From: Actinomycetes bacterium
GTDB taxonomy: Bacteria; Actinomycetota; Actinomycetes; JAHEKZ01
Reading direction: 5' to 3'
NCBI GenBank assembly: GCA_024644345.1
Contig: JAHELE010000004.1
Span: 9,523 to 73,522 of the forward strand
DNA: 64,000 bases
Part shown: one piece after another, positions 1 through 8,804 of the stretch
Layout of the letters: each line of letters opens with the position of its first letter
Numbering within the stretch: position 1 is the first letter of the stretch
Notes under the pieces: model-generated
The model's input: the letters and a program-made list of their open reading frames with translations, nothing else
What the model was told of the DNA's origin: nothing
Databases searched by the model: none
Made by a program: the position numbers and the translations under genes

Positions 1-84
1 CCCTTTGCCGCCGTCCTCACGCTCGAAGCTGTGCGGTCGGTGCGCGGGTGGCCGGTCGGCGACGAACCTCCGGACGCGCAGTGA
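1..84 (+). CDS. 3' end of a CDS that starts upstream of the window; possibly the partner lycopene-cyclase-domain subunit
   Basis: Open frame from the window edge (..PFAAVLTLEAVRSVRGWPVGDEPPDAQ*) ending in TGA at 82-84. This stop overlaps the ATG (84-86) of the next gene, a TGATG coupling typical of a heterodimeric crtYc/crtYd pair. Confidence 0.3.
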   Translation, partial: PFAAVLTLEAVRSVRGWPVGDEPPDAQ

Positions 85-494
85 TGTCGTACACCCAGCT
101 CGCACTCGTCGGGGTCGCAGCAACTGTGCTCCTCGACCTTGGAATCCTGCGCACCAAATTGCTGCTGCGCCGGACGTTCTGGGTCGCATACGCGATCATC
201 ATCTTCTTCCAACTTCTCAGCAACGGCGTCCTCACCGGCTTTGAGATCGTGCGGTACTCAGCTGACGCGATCGTGGGGTCGGGGGGCCCCACCTTCATTG
301 GAGACGGTCGTATCGCGTATGCCCCCGTCGAAGACTTGCTCTTCGGCTTCGCGCTCGTCGTGCAGACCCTCATCTGGTGGGTGTGGTGGGGGCGTCGAGG
401 CGTGCAGTACGAGCCCGTGGCAGGTCCACCGCGCTGGCGGACAGCTCGGTCAGGCGACGCGACGGGCCCGGACAGCCTTGACCCAGGCCGGTAG
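84..494 (+). CDS. lycopene cyclase domain-containing protein (heterodimeric CrtYc/CrtYd-type subunit)
   Basis: ORF track 48..494. The internal ATG at 84 gives MSYTQLALVGVAATVLLDLGIL..., with hydrophobic helices and a conserved WW/GR-rich motif typical of small lycopene-cyclase-domain proteins. It lies next to crtB, crtI and crtE. The 3' end overlaps convergent crtB by about 45 bp. Confidence 0.6.
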   Translation: MSYTQLALVGVAATVLLDLGILRTKLLLRRTFWVAYAIIIFFQLLSNGVLTGFEIVRYSADAIVGSGGPTFIGDGRIAYAPVEDLLFGFALVVQTLIWWVWWGRRGVQYEPVAGPPRWRTARSGDATGPDSLDPGR

Positions 495-1382
495 GGCCAC
501 CTGCGCCCGGCGGGGTACCGACACCGTGGCGCGCTCGCTGAACACCTGGTAGTCGATCTTCTCGACGGCGTCGGCGATCCCGCAGTACAGCACCCGTGCG
601 GCGTCGATGCACGGTTGGCTGTCGGGTGACAGAAGGGCGATCCCTGGGCGCGAAGCCTGCTCAAGGCGACGGACGCGCTCGATCTCGAACATCAGCAGCT
701 CGCGCACCGGTTCGGTGACAACCCGTTCCTCGAGGTCGGCGCGCGTCACCCCGAAGCGACTCAAGTCTGCCAGCGGCAGGTAGAGACGTCCTCGATCGAG
801 ATCCTCACCGACATCACGGATGAAGTTGGCCAGCTGGAAGGCGACGCCTAGGTCCATGGCGTAGTCGTAGGCGGCATCTGAACGTGGCTCGAGAATTGGC
901 ACCATCTGCAGGCCGATGACGGCGGCCGAGCCGTACACGTACTCGTACAAGGCGTCGTAGTCGGCGTACTCGGTGACGGTGAGGTCCATCGCCATCGAAT
1001 GGAGGAACGCCTCGAAGTGTGCGCGCGGAATGTCCCAGCGGTTGACGGTGTCGAGAACCGCGCGGCAAATCGGATCATCGCTGTGCCCGCGGTCGAAGTC
1101 TGCGAGGAACTGGGTCCCCCAAGCATGAAGGTGGTCGGCCTTCTGCTGGTCGGTGAGTGAGCTGGCAAGGTCGTCGACGATCTCGTCTGCATAGCGGGCG
1201 AAGCCGTAGAGCGCATGAACGTAGGGGCGCTTGTGAGGGGGGAGAAGGAGCGTGGCGAGATAGTAGGTCTTGCCGTGGGTGGCGTTGAGCCTCCGGCAGG
1301 CCTCATAGCTCTCGCGCAGCTGAGGGCCGGCGATCCCGGCGGCGTCCAGCTCTCTTTGGCTCACTTGCCCATCCTGCCGCAC
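450..1382 (-). CDS. crtB: phytoene synthase
   Basis: 310 aa with squalene/phytoene synthase motifs (YGFARYADEIVDD..., DxxxD regions, RGRLYLP). It sits in a carotenoid gene context. Confidence 0.9.
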   Translation of the reverse strand: MRQDGQVSQRELDAAGIAGPQLRESYEACRRLNATHGKTYYLATLLLPPHKRPYVHALYGFARYADEIVDDLASSLTDQQKADHLHAWGTQFLADFDRGHSDDPICRAVLDTVNRWDIPRAHFEAFLHSMAMDLTVTEYADYDALYEYVYGSAAVIGLQMVPILEPRSDAAYDYAMDLGVAFQLANFIRDVGEDLDRGRLYLPLADLSRFGVTRADLEERVVTEPVRELLMFEIERVRRLEQASRPGIALLSPDSQPCIDAARVLYCGIADAVEKIDYQVFSERATVSVPRRAQVALPAWVKAVRARRVA

Positions 1383-1484
1383 GTTGACGTCTCAGGGCGC
1401 GGTGAGTGCGAGTAGCGTGGGGGAGGTACCGAGTAACTCGGCGATTGGCCGGTGTGTGCCGGTGACGCTTGGAAGGTGTGAGCG

Positions 1485-1985
1485 ATGACCACTGAGCCGT
1501 TGGAAGAGCCAGTTGATGTCAACGACCCTGAGCTGTTCGGGTCGCTCGAGGCTGACGAGGCGCCAGCCACGGTGCAGGAGGCGTTTGAGGGACGCCGGGG
1601 CGTCCACCTGCTGGACGGCGAAGTTGGTCCTGTCCGTCGCGAGGCGTTGGAGCACGAGTGGCACGCCGTCACGCTCGACACCACAGGGGTCGAGGATCGC
1701 GATGGCTTCGTCGCCGCGCTCTCGGATGCCTTCGACCTGTCAGATCTGGGGGCGGGTTCGTGGGACGTTCTCGACCAGCATCTGCGTGCGCTCGACCTCG
1801 ATGAGCCCAACGGCCTGCTCGTCTGCTGGGATGGTTGGGGATCGTTCGCCGACGCCGACCCGGACAGCTTCGAGATGGCCATCGAGATCTTTCAGGATGC
1901 GTGTATCGCATGGCAGTACGACAAGTTCCAGGCCGCCGTTGTGCTGGTCGGCGAGGGGCCGGAGACCGACGTTCCCACCTGGTGA
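1485..1985 (+). CDS. barstar-family (barnase-inhibitor-like) protein
   Basis: 166 aa, acidic. The central region (VHLLDGEVGPVRREALEHEWHAV..GFVAALSDAFDLSDLGAGSWDVLDQHLRAL) matches the barstar fold pattern (I.G..i...L...l...l.lP.yfG.NlDAL.D.L). There is a good RBS (GGAAGG) 10 nt upstream of the ATG. No barnase gene lies nearby. Confidence 0.5.
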   Translation: MTTEPLEEPVDVNDPELFGSLEADEAPATVQEAFEGRRGVHLLDGEVGPVRREALEHEWHAVTLDTTGVEDRDGFVAALSDAFDLSDLGAGSWDVLDQHLRALDLDEPNGLLVCWDGWGSFADADPDSFEMAIEIFQDACIAWQYDKFQAAVVLVGEGPETDVPTW

Positions 1986-1999
1986 GGGCCAGACACCGA

Positions 2000-3499
2000 T
2001 CAGCGTGTGGCGCGCGAGCGATAGGTGAGGTCGGGACCGGTGATCCGCTCGGCTGCCAGGCGTCCGGAGATCAGCACCATCGGCACTCCCACGCCCGGCG
2101 TGGTGCCTGATCCGGCGAAGACGATGTTGTCTCCCCAGAGGTTCTTGGGTCGGAAAGGCCCGGTCTGGGAGAAGGAGTGCGCGGAGGCGAATGGGGATCC
2201 GTCGGCCATGCCCTGACTCCTCCAGTCATCGGGATCGATGATGTGCTCGACCTCGATGGCGTCGCTGAACCCGACGTAGCCACGTCCTTCCAGCACAGCA
2301 AGCACACGATCCCGGTACCTCGGACGTTCCCTGGCCCAGTCGATGTCAGCCGACGTGTTAGGTGTCGGGAAGAAGATGTAGAAGATCTCGCGCCCGTCCG
2401 GCGCAAGGCTCGGGTCGGAGTGCGTGGGGTTGGACACCAAGAAGCTCGGGTCGCTCATCAGCTCGCCGCGGTCGATCAGCTCATCGAACACCCCCCGCCA
2501 GGAACGTCCGAAGTGAATGTTGTGGTGTACGACCTTTGAGTAGGACGCAGCGGAACCGGCGAGCAACAGGAAGCAGGAGGGGGAGTAGCGCAGCCGACGG
2601 ACCGACCACGGTTCCTCGCCCAGGAGCTCGCGCATGGCCACTGGAAGGTCCGGGCTGACCACAACGGCGTCACACGCGATCCGCTCGCCGTATGCGGTGT
2701 GGACGGCAACCGCTCGTGGTCCGCGTCGTTCGATGTGAATGACGTCAGTGTCGTACCGGATGTCGGCCCCGTGCTTGGTGGCTGCAGCAGCCATTGCTTC
2801 TGGGACGGCATGCATCCCTCCATCCGGCGCGTACACGCCGGCAACGGAGTCCATGTAGGCGATCACGCAGTAGAGCGCGAGGGCGTCGAAGGGCGACATT
2901 CCCGCGTACATCGCCTGGAACGACAGGACGCGCTGCATGCGTGAGTCCTTGAGATACTGCTCGACCTTCGGTGCCATCCGACGGAACCCGCCCAGCGCGG
3001 CGAGGCGGGCGAGATTGGGTGTGAGGAGGTCAAGGGGTGAGTCGATGTTGCGATCGATGAAGTCGGCCATCTCGTAGCGGTAGAGGCGCGTGACGAACTC
3101 GACGTAACGTTCGTAGCCGGCGGCCTCGTCAGGCCCGCACACCCGGCGAACCTCCTCGGCCATGGCGGCCGGATCAGCCTTGACGTCGAGGCACGTGCCA
3201 TCGGCGTACCAGGCACGGTACAGCGGGTCGATCGGTCGCAGGGTCAGCCAGTCGCGCATCTCTTCACCGACACAGTCGAAGGCGTCCGCGATGAGGTCAG
3301 GCATGGTCAACACCGTGGGTCCGTTGTCGAATCGGTAGCCGCCATCGGCGATGACGCCGGCGCGGCCCCCCGGTACCGATGCCCGCTCGAGAACGGTGAC
3401 GCGTCGACCGGCACCGACCAGCCGCATCGCTGCCGACAGTCCGGCAAGTCCGGCTCCGATGACGACCACGTGGTCGGTAGGACCCTTGACGGTGCGCAT
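2000..3499 (-). CDS. crtI: phytoene desaturase (CrtI family FAD-dependent oxidoreductase)
   Basis: 499 aa. N-terminal GxGxxG FAD-binding fold (VVVIGAGLAGLSAA) and CrtI-family length and motifs. The stop of crtE is 3 nt upstream of its start. Confidence 0.9.
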   Translation of the reverse strand: MRTVKGPTDHVVVIGAGLAGLSAAMRLVGAGRRVTVLERASVPGGRAGVIADGGYRFDNGPTVLTMPDLIADAFDCVGEEMRDWLTLRPIDPLYRAWYADGTCLDVKADPAAMAEEVRRVCGPDEAAGYERYVEFVTRLYRYEMADFIDRNIDSPLDLLTPNLARLAALGGFRRMAPKVEQYLKDSRMQRVLSFQAMYAGMSPFDALALYCVIAYMDSVAGVYAPDGGMHAVPEAMAAAATKHGADIRYDTDVIHIERRGPRAVAVHTAYGERIACDAVVVSPDLPVAMRELLGEEPWSVRRLRYSPSCFLLLAGSAASYSKVVHHNIHFGRSWRGVFDELIDRGELMSDPSFLVSNPTHSDPSLAPDGREIFYIFFPTPNTSADIDWARERPRYRDRVLAVLEGRGYVGFSDAIEVEHIIDPDDWRSQGMADGSPFASAHSFSQTGPFRPKNLWGDNIVFAGSGTTPGVGVPMVLISGRLAAERITGPDLTYRSRATR

Positions 3500-3502
3500 G
3501 AG

Positions 3503-4570
3503 CTATCCGGAGCGCTTGGTGGCAGCGAGGGTGAGGTCGTCGAGCACTCCGTGGGCTGGCTGGGCCAGCGAGCCCAACGCTTGCTGGGACTCGTCGACCA
3601 GCGTGGCGATGAGATCCTCGACGTATGTGAGCGCGCCCGTCTCGTTGATCAGGGATCGCAGGTCGTCGACTCCCTCAGGCGACAGGTGCGGGTCTCCGAG
3701 GTGTCGGTGCAGCAGGGCCAGCTGCGCCGGGCTGCTGCGTTCGGCCGTCACCGCGATCAGCACAGTGCGCTTGCCCTCGCGGAGATCATCCCCGGCCGGC
3801 TTTCCCGTGATCGCCGGGTCGCCGAAGACGCCGAGCACGTCATCGCGAAGCTGGAATGCCTCACCGAGGGGGATGCCGTACGCGCTGTACCTGTCGAGCA
3901 GCTCTCGGGGGGCTCCGGCGAGCGCCGCCCCGAGGTGGAGTGGCCCCTCGACGGTGTACTTGGCCGCCTTGTAGCGGGCCACCCTCAGGGCGCGATCGAC
4001 CGAGCCCCCTCCTCTGGCCTGCTCGAGCAGGTCGAGGTACTGCCCCGCCATCAGCTCGGTGCGCATGCGGTCATAGACGGGTTTGGCGCGGACCAGCGCT
4101 TCCTGCGGCAGCGGAGAGGAGAAAAGCATCTCGTCGGCCCAGGTCAATGCGAGGTCACCGAGCAGGATGGCTGCGCCGGTTCCAAAGGCGTCCGGCGACC
4201 CGTTCCACTGGGCCGTCCGATGGAGTCCGGCGAACTTGCGATGCGCGCTGGGCTGGCCACGTCTGGTGTCGGAGTCGTCCATGACGTCGTCGTGGATCAG
4301 GGCACACGCCTGCAGAAACTCAAGCGAAGCGACCGCGCGCACAACTTCAGGCGTGTCGTCTCCGCCGGCCCCACGCCAGCCCCAGTAGGCGAAGGCGGGC
4401 CGGAGACGCTTGCCCCCCGCGAGCAGTGAGCGTGCTGCGTCGAGGATCGGAAGCAGCTCGTCGGCCACGGCGTCGAGTACCGGCTGCTGGGTCTCGAGGA
4501 ACGCCTCCAGCTCTTTGTGGACGCGCACCCGTAGGTCCTCAACGTCCAGCGGCGAGTGTTGCAGGGCCAT
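3503..4570 (-). CDS. crtE: polyprenyl synthetase (geranylgeranyl diphosphate synthase)
   Basis: ORF track 3503..4750. It has trans-prenyltransferase motifs (LIHDDVMDDSDTRRG first DDxxD, second DD-rich motif). The start was chosen at internal ATG 4570 (MALQHSPLDV..., about 355 aa) because the 4750 start would overlap divergent metF by more than 120 bp. The start is uncertain and there is no clear SD. Confidence 0.8.
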   Translation of the reverse strand: MALQHSPLDVEDLRVRVHKELEAFLETQQPVLDAVADELLPILDAARSLLAGGKRLRPAFAYWGWRGAGGDDTPEVVRAVASLEFLQACALIHDDVMDDSDTRRGQPSAHRKFAGLHRTAQWNGSPDAFGTGAAILLGDLALTWADEMLFSSPLPQEALVRAKPVYDRMRTELMAGQYLDLLEQARGGGSVDRALRVARYKAAKYTVEGPLHLGAALAGAPRELLDRYSAYGIPLGEAFQLRDDVLGVFGDPAITGKPAGDDLREGKRTVLIAVTAERSSPAQLALLHRHLGDPHLSPEGVDDLRSLINETGALTYVEDLIATLVDESQQALGSLAQPAHGVLDDLTLAATKRSG

Positions 4571-4623
4571 GATCGGGAGGCTATCTGCCGGTCGGCGGGA
4601 GCGCAGCCCGAGGGCGGTTCCAG

Positions 4624-5568
4624 ATGGTGGAACACGTCGTCGTAGGCTCTCGCCCCATGTCTGCTCCCACGGTTGCCCCCGTCTCCGCGCCCGGTGTCGC
4701 CGACCTGCTGCGTCAAGGTCGTCACTCATGGTCGTTCGAGCTGTTCCCACCGAAGACCGACGCTGGGGAACATCAGCTGTGGCAGACGATCCGTGCGCTG
4801 GAGTCGTCTGCTCCGACGTTCGTGTCCGTTACCTACGGAGCGGGTGGCTCGACACGTGACCGCACGGTGCGCCTCACCGAGCGGATCGCGAGTGAGACGA
4901 CCCTCACGCCGGTCGGGCATCTGACCTGTGTCGGGGCAAGCAGGGCCGAGCTGCGGGCGGTCATCGGCTCGTACGCCGCCGTGGGCGTCCGAAACCTGTT
5001 GGCGCTGCGGGGGGATCCGCCGGGCGGTCCCGGCTCGCCGTGGGAGCCGCATCCGGAGGGGCTGCACAACGCCGACGAGCTGGTGGCGCTGGCTCGATCC
5101 CTTGGAGATCTGTGCGTCGGGGTCGCTGCCTTCCCGGACGGACATCCGGAGTCGCCCGATCGGGAGGAAGATGCGCTGGCCCTGGTCCGCAAGGCAGATG
5201 CCGGTGCCGAGTTCGCCATCACGCAGTTCTTCTTCGACATCGCCGAGTACCGCGACCTGGTGCGGCGCGTCCGCCGCCATGGATGCAGCATCCCGGTAAT
5301 CCCGGGGATCCTGCCGATCACGGATGTGTCGCAGCTCGTGCGGTTCGCCGAGCTGTCGGGGACTCCGATCCCGCATGAGGTGATCCAGCGGCTGGAGCCG
5401 GTAAAGGACGACCCCGAGGCCGTCCGCACGATCGGTGTCGACATGGCCACCGAGCTGTGTCAGAGGCTGCTCGACGAGGGGGCGCCTGGCCTGCATCTCT
5501 ACACGCTCAACCGGTCGACAGCCACGCGCGAGATCTACTCAAACCTCGACCTCAGCCACCGTCCCTGA
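4624..5568 (+). CDS. metF: methylenetetrahydrofolate reductase
   Basis: 314 aa with MetF motifs (SFELFPPKT, TYGAGGSTR, flavin-binding TIM-barrel pattern). The alternative ATG at 4657 is equally plausible. Confidence 0.85.
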   Translation: MVEHVVVGSRPMSAPTVAPVSAPGVADLLRQGRHSWSFELFPPKTDAGEHQLWQTIRALESSAPTFVSVTYGAGGSTRDRTVRLTERIASETTLTPVGHLTCVGASRAELRAVIGSYAAVGVRNLLALRGDPPGGPGSPWEPHPEGLHNADELVALARSLGDLCVGVAAFPDGHPESPDREEDALALVRKADAGAEFAITQFFFDIAEYRDLVRRVRRHGCSIPVIPGILPITDVSQLVRFAELSGTPIPHEVIQRLEPVKDDPEAVRTIGVDMATELCQRLLDEGAPGLHLYTLNRSTATREIYSNLDLSHRP

Positions 5569-5575
5569 CCGCACG

Positions 5576-5628
5576 GCCCGCCGAGTGCACACCTGATTGA
5601 CGTTCAAGCCCGCCGAGTGCACACCTGA
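5576..5628 (+). repeat. left terminal repeat block: two direct copies of the 21-mer gcccgccgagtgcacacctga (5576-5596 and 5608-5628)
   Basis: Exact 21-mer occurring twice, spaced 32 bp, immediately after the metF stop. The same block recurs in inverse orientation at 7199-7251. Confidence 0.7.
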
Positions 5629-5711
5629 AGGACAGTTGCTCCCGTCTCGTAGCGTGGTGAGAGCTCGAGACGTCGCATGAATAGGGCGTTTCTGCGACAG
5701 GTGGCTAGGTA

Positions 5712-6560
5712 TCACATGTCCTTGGTTGGCGGTGGCCCAATGATCGTGGAGTCGGATCCGTCCGCATACTCAACGATGAACGTCTTTCGGCCGCTAGGCG
5801 ACGAGCAGGCGGTGTCGGAGGCAACTAACGTTGAAGCCTCGTACTGGCCCTCCTCGAAGACCAGATCGTCCATCTCCCACCCAGGTGATGACAGACGAAC
5901 TGTCGCCGCTCTCCCTCTCGGGTTGGTGAAGTTGTACTCCCGTTCCACCTCGCATCGGTTCTTGCTCCCCGATCCCACCTCGACTTGCATGGGCAGCCCA
6001 CACCATTGGGCCACGAGGTCCGGCAACTCTGGGGTGGTCACTGTCGCGTGGCGTTGTCCGCTGTCGGTGTCGATGGTCACATTCACCGCTTCCCAAACAT
6101 CGGTCAGCGCACAGTCGGGGACGAAGGTGAAATTCAGCGAGACCTTCTTCGACCCGGAGATGTCCACAAACTCGAAACCCACGTCAGGGTCGGAGACCGT
6201 GTTGTCCCAGAGAAACCCGGTGGAATCACCGACGACGAGGTCCTGATCCAGCGACGTACCCGTCACCCGAGTCGGGGTGGACGACCCCCACTCAGTGAAC
6301 AGAACCACCCCGGCATCGTCGTTGGTCCAAAGTTCCTGGACCTTCAGGCTGTCGGAATCTGCGTCCATCAGCACCCATCCTGTGACAGCGACTGTGCTCA
6401 ATAGGACACCGATTGCCGCGACCCACACCCAAGGTGCCCGGTGTTGAGGCTCAATGCCCTCTCCTGCTGGGCTCGTCGTCTCCACGCCGCAAGTATGAGG
6501 CACCACGCGGCGATACCGCGTGCCTTCGACTCCCTCCACACCCCCGAATCCACGGTCCAA
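5712..6560 (-). CDS. hypothetical membrane-anchored extracytoplasmic protein
   Basis: 282-aa ORF (TTG start in the track; GTG alternatives inside). N-terminal hydrophobic anchor (WVWVAAIGVLLSTVAVTGWVL) followed by a Thr/Ser/Asp-rich beta-type domain with 4 Cys. No recognisable family. Lower GC than surroundings. Confidence 0.55.
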   Translation of the reverse strand: MDRGFGGVEGVEGTRYRRVVPHTCGVETTSPAGEGIEPQHRAPWVWVAAIGVLLSTVAVTGWVLMDADSDSLKVQELWTNDDAGVVLFTEWGSSTPTRVTGTSLDQDLVVGDSTGFLWDNTVSDPDVGFEFVDISGSKKVSLNFTFVPDCALTDVWEAVNVTIDTDSGQRHATVTTPELPDLVAQWCGLPMQVEVGSGSKNRCEVEREYNFTNPRGRAATVRLSSPGWEMDDLVFEEGQYEASTLVASDTACSSPSGRKTFIVEYADGSDSTIIGPPPTKDM

Positions 6561-6649
6561 CGTGCCTGTCGCCTCAAGCCGAAGGGGTCACGAGTGTGCG
6601 CTCCTGCTGTTCCTGGGAACCTGGTGCGGTGACAATCCGTCGTATCCGG

Positions 6650-7054
6650 GTGAAGCAGGCTGTGTTGGCGGCTGCAGTCCTTGGTCTTGTGACCCTGACA
6701 GGCTGCACCGCTGACGCTGACAAGGTTCAGGCCCACGGAAGCGCTGACTGCTCAACGGTGGTGAGGTACGAGGGCAGCGTCTACAGAGAAGTGGGCTTCA
6801 GCCGAGCCGAAACTGAACCGTTGGGCGAGGCTGAGGTCGCGGAGTGTCATGACGCCGGCCCCCCTGCCGAGGGGCCATCCTTCCCTGACAATCCCGACTT
6901 CGTGACGGTTGCCGCCTTCAAGGATTCGAACCAAGCCCAAGTTCTAGCGCTGGGTTACGGGGACCCATCTAGACCACTCTCGCGAATAATGGTCAACGAA
7001 GAACTTTCGCCGAAGAAGGTGGAAGGCATCAGAGCGAAACTCCAACGACCTTGA
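6650..7054 (+). CDS. hypothetical lipoprotein
   Basis: ORF track 6413..7054. In-frame GTG at 6650 gives VKQAVLAAAVLGLVTLTGC, a signal peptide with lipobox LTGC. The mature part has 3 further Cys. It is divergent from the previous gene, with about 90 bp between the starts. Confidence 0.55.
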   Translation: MKQAVLAAAVLGLVTLTGCTADADKVQAHGSADCSTVVRYEGSVYREVGFSRAETEPLGEAEVAECHDAGPPAEGPSFPDNPDFVTVAAFKDSNQAQVLALGYGDPSRPLSRIMVNEELSPKKVEGIRAKLQRP

Positions 7055-7198
7055 CCAAATGAGCACTGCAGAAAGTTGCTGAATGCCGTGCCGTCGACAC
7101 CGATCTTCGGTGGCTCGGACTCACGTCGTTCACCCGGTGTTCCCGTGCCGCCTCAGAAGCGGTGATTCATGCGACGGCCCGCGATCCCGCGACGTGAC

Positions 7199-7251
7199 TC
7201 AGGTGTGCACTCGGCGCGCCAAAACGTCACTCAGGTGTGCACTCGGCGGGC
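7199..7251 (-). repeat. right terminal repeat block: two inverted copies of the 21-mer (7199-7220 and 7231-7251)
   Basis: tcaggtgtgcactcggcg(c/g)gc occurs twice, 32 bp apart, the reverse complement of the left block. It ends 17 bp before the stop of the crtD-like gene. Confidence 0.7.
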
Positions 7252-7268
7252 TCTGAGGTGGTGGGGGT

Positions 7269-8771
7269 CTAGGCGGGGCCGATGAGGTCGGCCACGATCG
7301 CCGCTGACATTCCCACGAGGGGGAGCCCTCCTCCTGGGTGTGCCGACCCGCCCACGAGGAACAGGCCCGGAACCGGCGAGCGGTTGGCTGCCCTCAAGAA
7401 AGCCGCACGTGCGCCGTTGCTCGACGTTCCATAGATCGACCCTCCAGGCGAGCGGGTGGTGCGCTCGAGGTCGGCGGGGGTCCGGGTCTCTGCCCAGAGC
7501 AGACGCTGACGGACGTCGTGGCCCCGCGCTGCGAGGACGTCGAGTACCCGCTCGCTGTATCGGGCTACGAGGGCCGGATCAGCCCAGTCGACACCGTTGG
7601 CCGGGTCATGTCGGGGTGCGTTCACCAGGACGAACCAGGACTCGTGCTCGTCATCGGGACGCATCGACGGGTCGTCGGGGCGGCACACGTAGATCGCGGG
7701 GTCGTCGACCGGTCGTGGCACGCGTCCGAAGATCGCATCGAACTCAGCGTCGTAGGTGGCGGGGAAGAGCACGTTGTGATGCTGCATTCCTGGGGTGCGT
7801 CCACGAACGGCCAGGAGCATCACGAATCCTGCCAGTGACGGTGTCGCCCTCCGGAGCCGCCGGAGGGGCGCCCCAGCCGCAGAGTCGTCGAGCAGGTGCC
7901 CGTACAGACTCGTGGCGTCGGCGTCCGACACCACAATGTCGGCATCGAGGTGGTCACCAGAGGCGAGCGCGACACCCGCTACGCGTCCAGCCTCGCTGCG
8001 TACCCGCGTGACGTCGGCGCCGAAGTGAAAGGTGATGTCGCGGTCGACGCACCGCTGGTGAAGGGCTTCGGCGAGCTGGCCGATACCGCCCCCGATGTGC
8101 CACGCACCAAAGGTCTGCTCGACGAACGGGATGACCGCCAGAGCTGCAGGAGCCTTGCGGGGGTCAGACCCGGTGTAGGTGGCATACCGGTCCAGGAGCG
8201 TGATGAGCCGGGGGTCGCTGAAGTACTGCTCTCCCAGTCTTCGCAGGGTCTTCCACGGGGCAACGGTGCGCAGATCCGACCATTTGCGCAGATGGGGCAG
8301 CAGGTCGAGTGGCCCCGAGAGCGGTGACTCGAGGAACGGCACCCGGGTGGCCGCCCACAGGTCCGCCGATCGCCTGCTGAAGCGTTTCCAGTCACGCTCG
8401 GCCGTCCCCCCGAGCGCCTGGCCCAAGGACGCAGCGACCCGGTTGCTGTTGCTGCCGGGTAGCACCGCCGTGGTGCCGTCGGCCCAGCGGTAGCCGAATG
8501 CCGGGTCGAGCCCACGCAGGTCGACGTTGTCCTCGAGGGACGCGCCCTTCCGGCGGACTGGTGTCTTGAGAAACAGATCGCGGTACACCGCAGGCAGGGT
8601 CAGAAGCGAGGGGCCGGTGTCGAAGGCGAAACCCTCGCGACGATAGGTCTCCACCTTGCCACCGGCACGCGTCGACTGCTCGACTACCGAGACCTGATGA
8701 CCCTGCGCGGACAAGCGGGCCGCGGCAGCCATGCCGCCCATGCCAGCGCCGACCACCACCACCGAAGCCAC
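7269..8771 (-). CDS. phytoene desaturase-family FAD-dependent oxidoreductase (CrtD/carotenoid 3,4-desaturase-like)
   Basis: 500 aa. N-terminal VVVVGAGMGGMAAAARL Rossmann motif and CrtI-family architecture, but a clearly distinct paralogue of the crtI at 2000-3499. GTG start. Confidence 0.8.
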   Translation of the reverse strand: MASVVVVGAGMGGMAAAARLSAQGHQVSVVEQSTRAGGKVETYRREGFAFDTGPSLLTLPAVYRDLFLKTPVRRKGASLEDNVDLRGLDPAFGYRWADGTTAVLPGSNSNRVAASLGQALGGTAERDWKRFSRRSADLWAATRVPFLESPLSGPLDLLPHLRKWSDLRTVAPWKTLRRLGEQYFSDPRLITLLDRYATYTGSDPRKAPAALAVIPFVEQTFGAWHIGGGIGQLAEALHQRCVDRDITFHFGADVTRVRSEAGRVAGVALASGDHLDADIVVSDADATSLYGHLLDDSAAGAPLRRLRRATPSLAGFVMLLAVRGRTPGMQHHNVLFPATYDAEFDAIFGRVPRPVDDPAIYVCRPDDPSMRPDDEHESWFVLVNAPRHDPANGVDWADPALVARYSERVLDVLAARGHDVRQRLLWAETRTPADLERTTRSPGGSIYGTSSNGARAAFLRAANRSPVPGLFLVGGSAHPGGGLPLVGMSAAIVADLIGPA

Positions 8772-8804
8772 GTCCGGAGCGTACGGGTGGCTAGTGTCGG
8801 CGTC

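Larger units (their letters stand above)
5576..7251. mobile_element. candidate non-autonomous insertion: 1.68 kb low-GC cassette bounded by nested inverted repeats, cargo of two secreted-protein genes, no transposase
   Basis: Outer copies match 27/28 bp (5576-5603 vs reverse complement of 7224-7251). Inner copies match 20/21. The GC of the interior is visibly lower than the flanks. It sits exactly between the convergent stops of metF and the crtD-like gene. Confidence 0.4.

Noticed and set aside
17-1306. Long minus/plus-strand ORFs (17..664 -, 139..552 +, 848..1306 -) overlapping crtB and the lycopene cyclase gene
   Set aside because: Pro/Arg/Ser/Thr-rich translations are typical of off-frame reading in 70% GC DNA. 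The crtB and lycopene-cyclase frames have clear family motifs.
3503-4750. Full-length 415-aa version of the polyprenyl synthase ORF, and shadow ORFs 3470..4429 +, 3856..4284 +, 4297..4725 -
   Set aside because: The 4750 start would overlap divergent metF by more than 120 bp and adds an Arg-rich non-conserved extension. The internal ATG 4570 gives a canonical-length GGPPS. The others are antisense or off-frame.
5677-6246. 189-aa plus-strand ORF inside the cassette, antisense to the 5712..6560 gene
   Set aside because: The minus-strand frame has the signal-anchor plus a coherent extracytoplasmic domain. The plus frame is short, lacks an RBS and is overlapped entirely.
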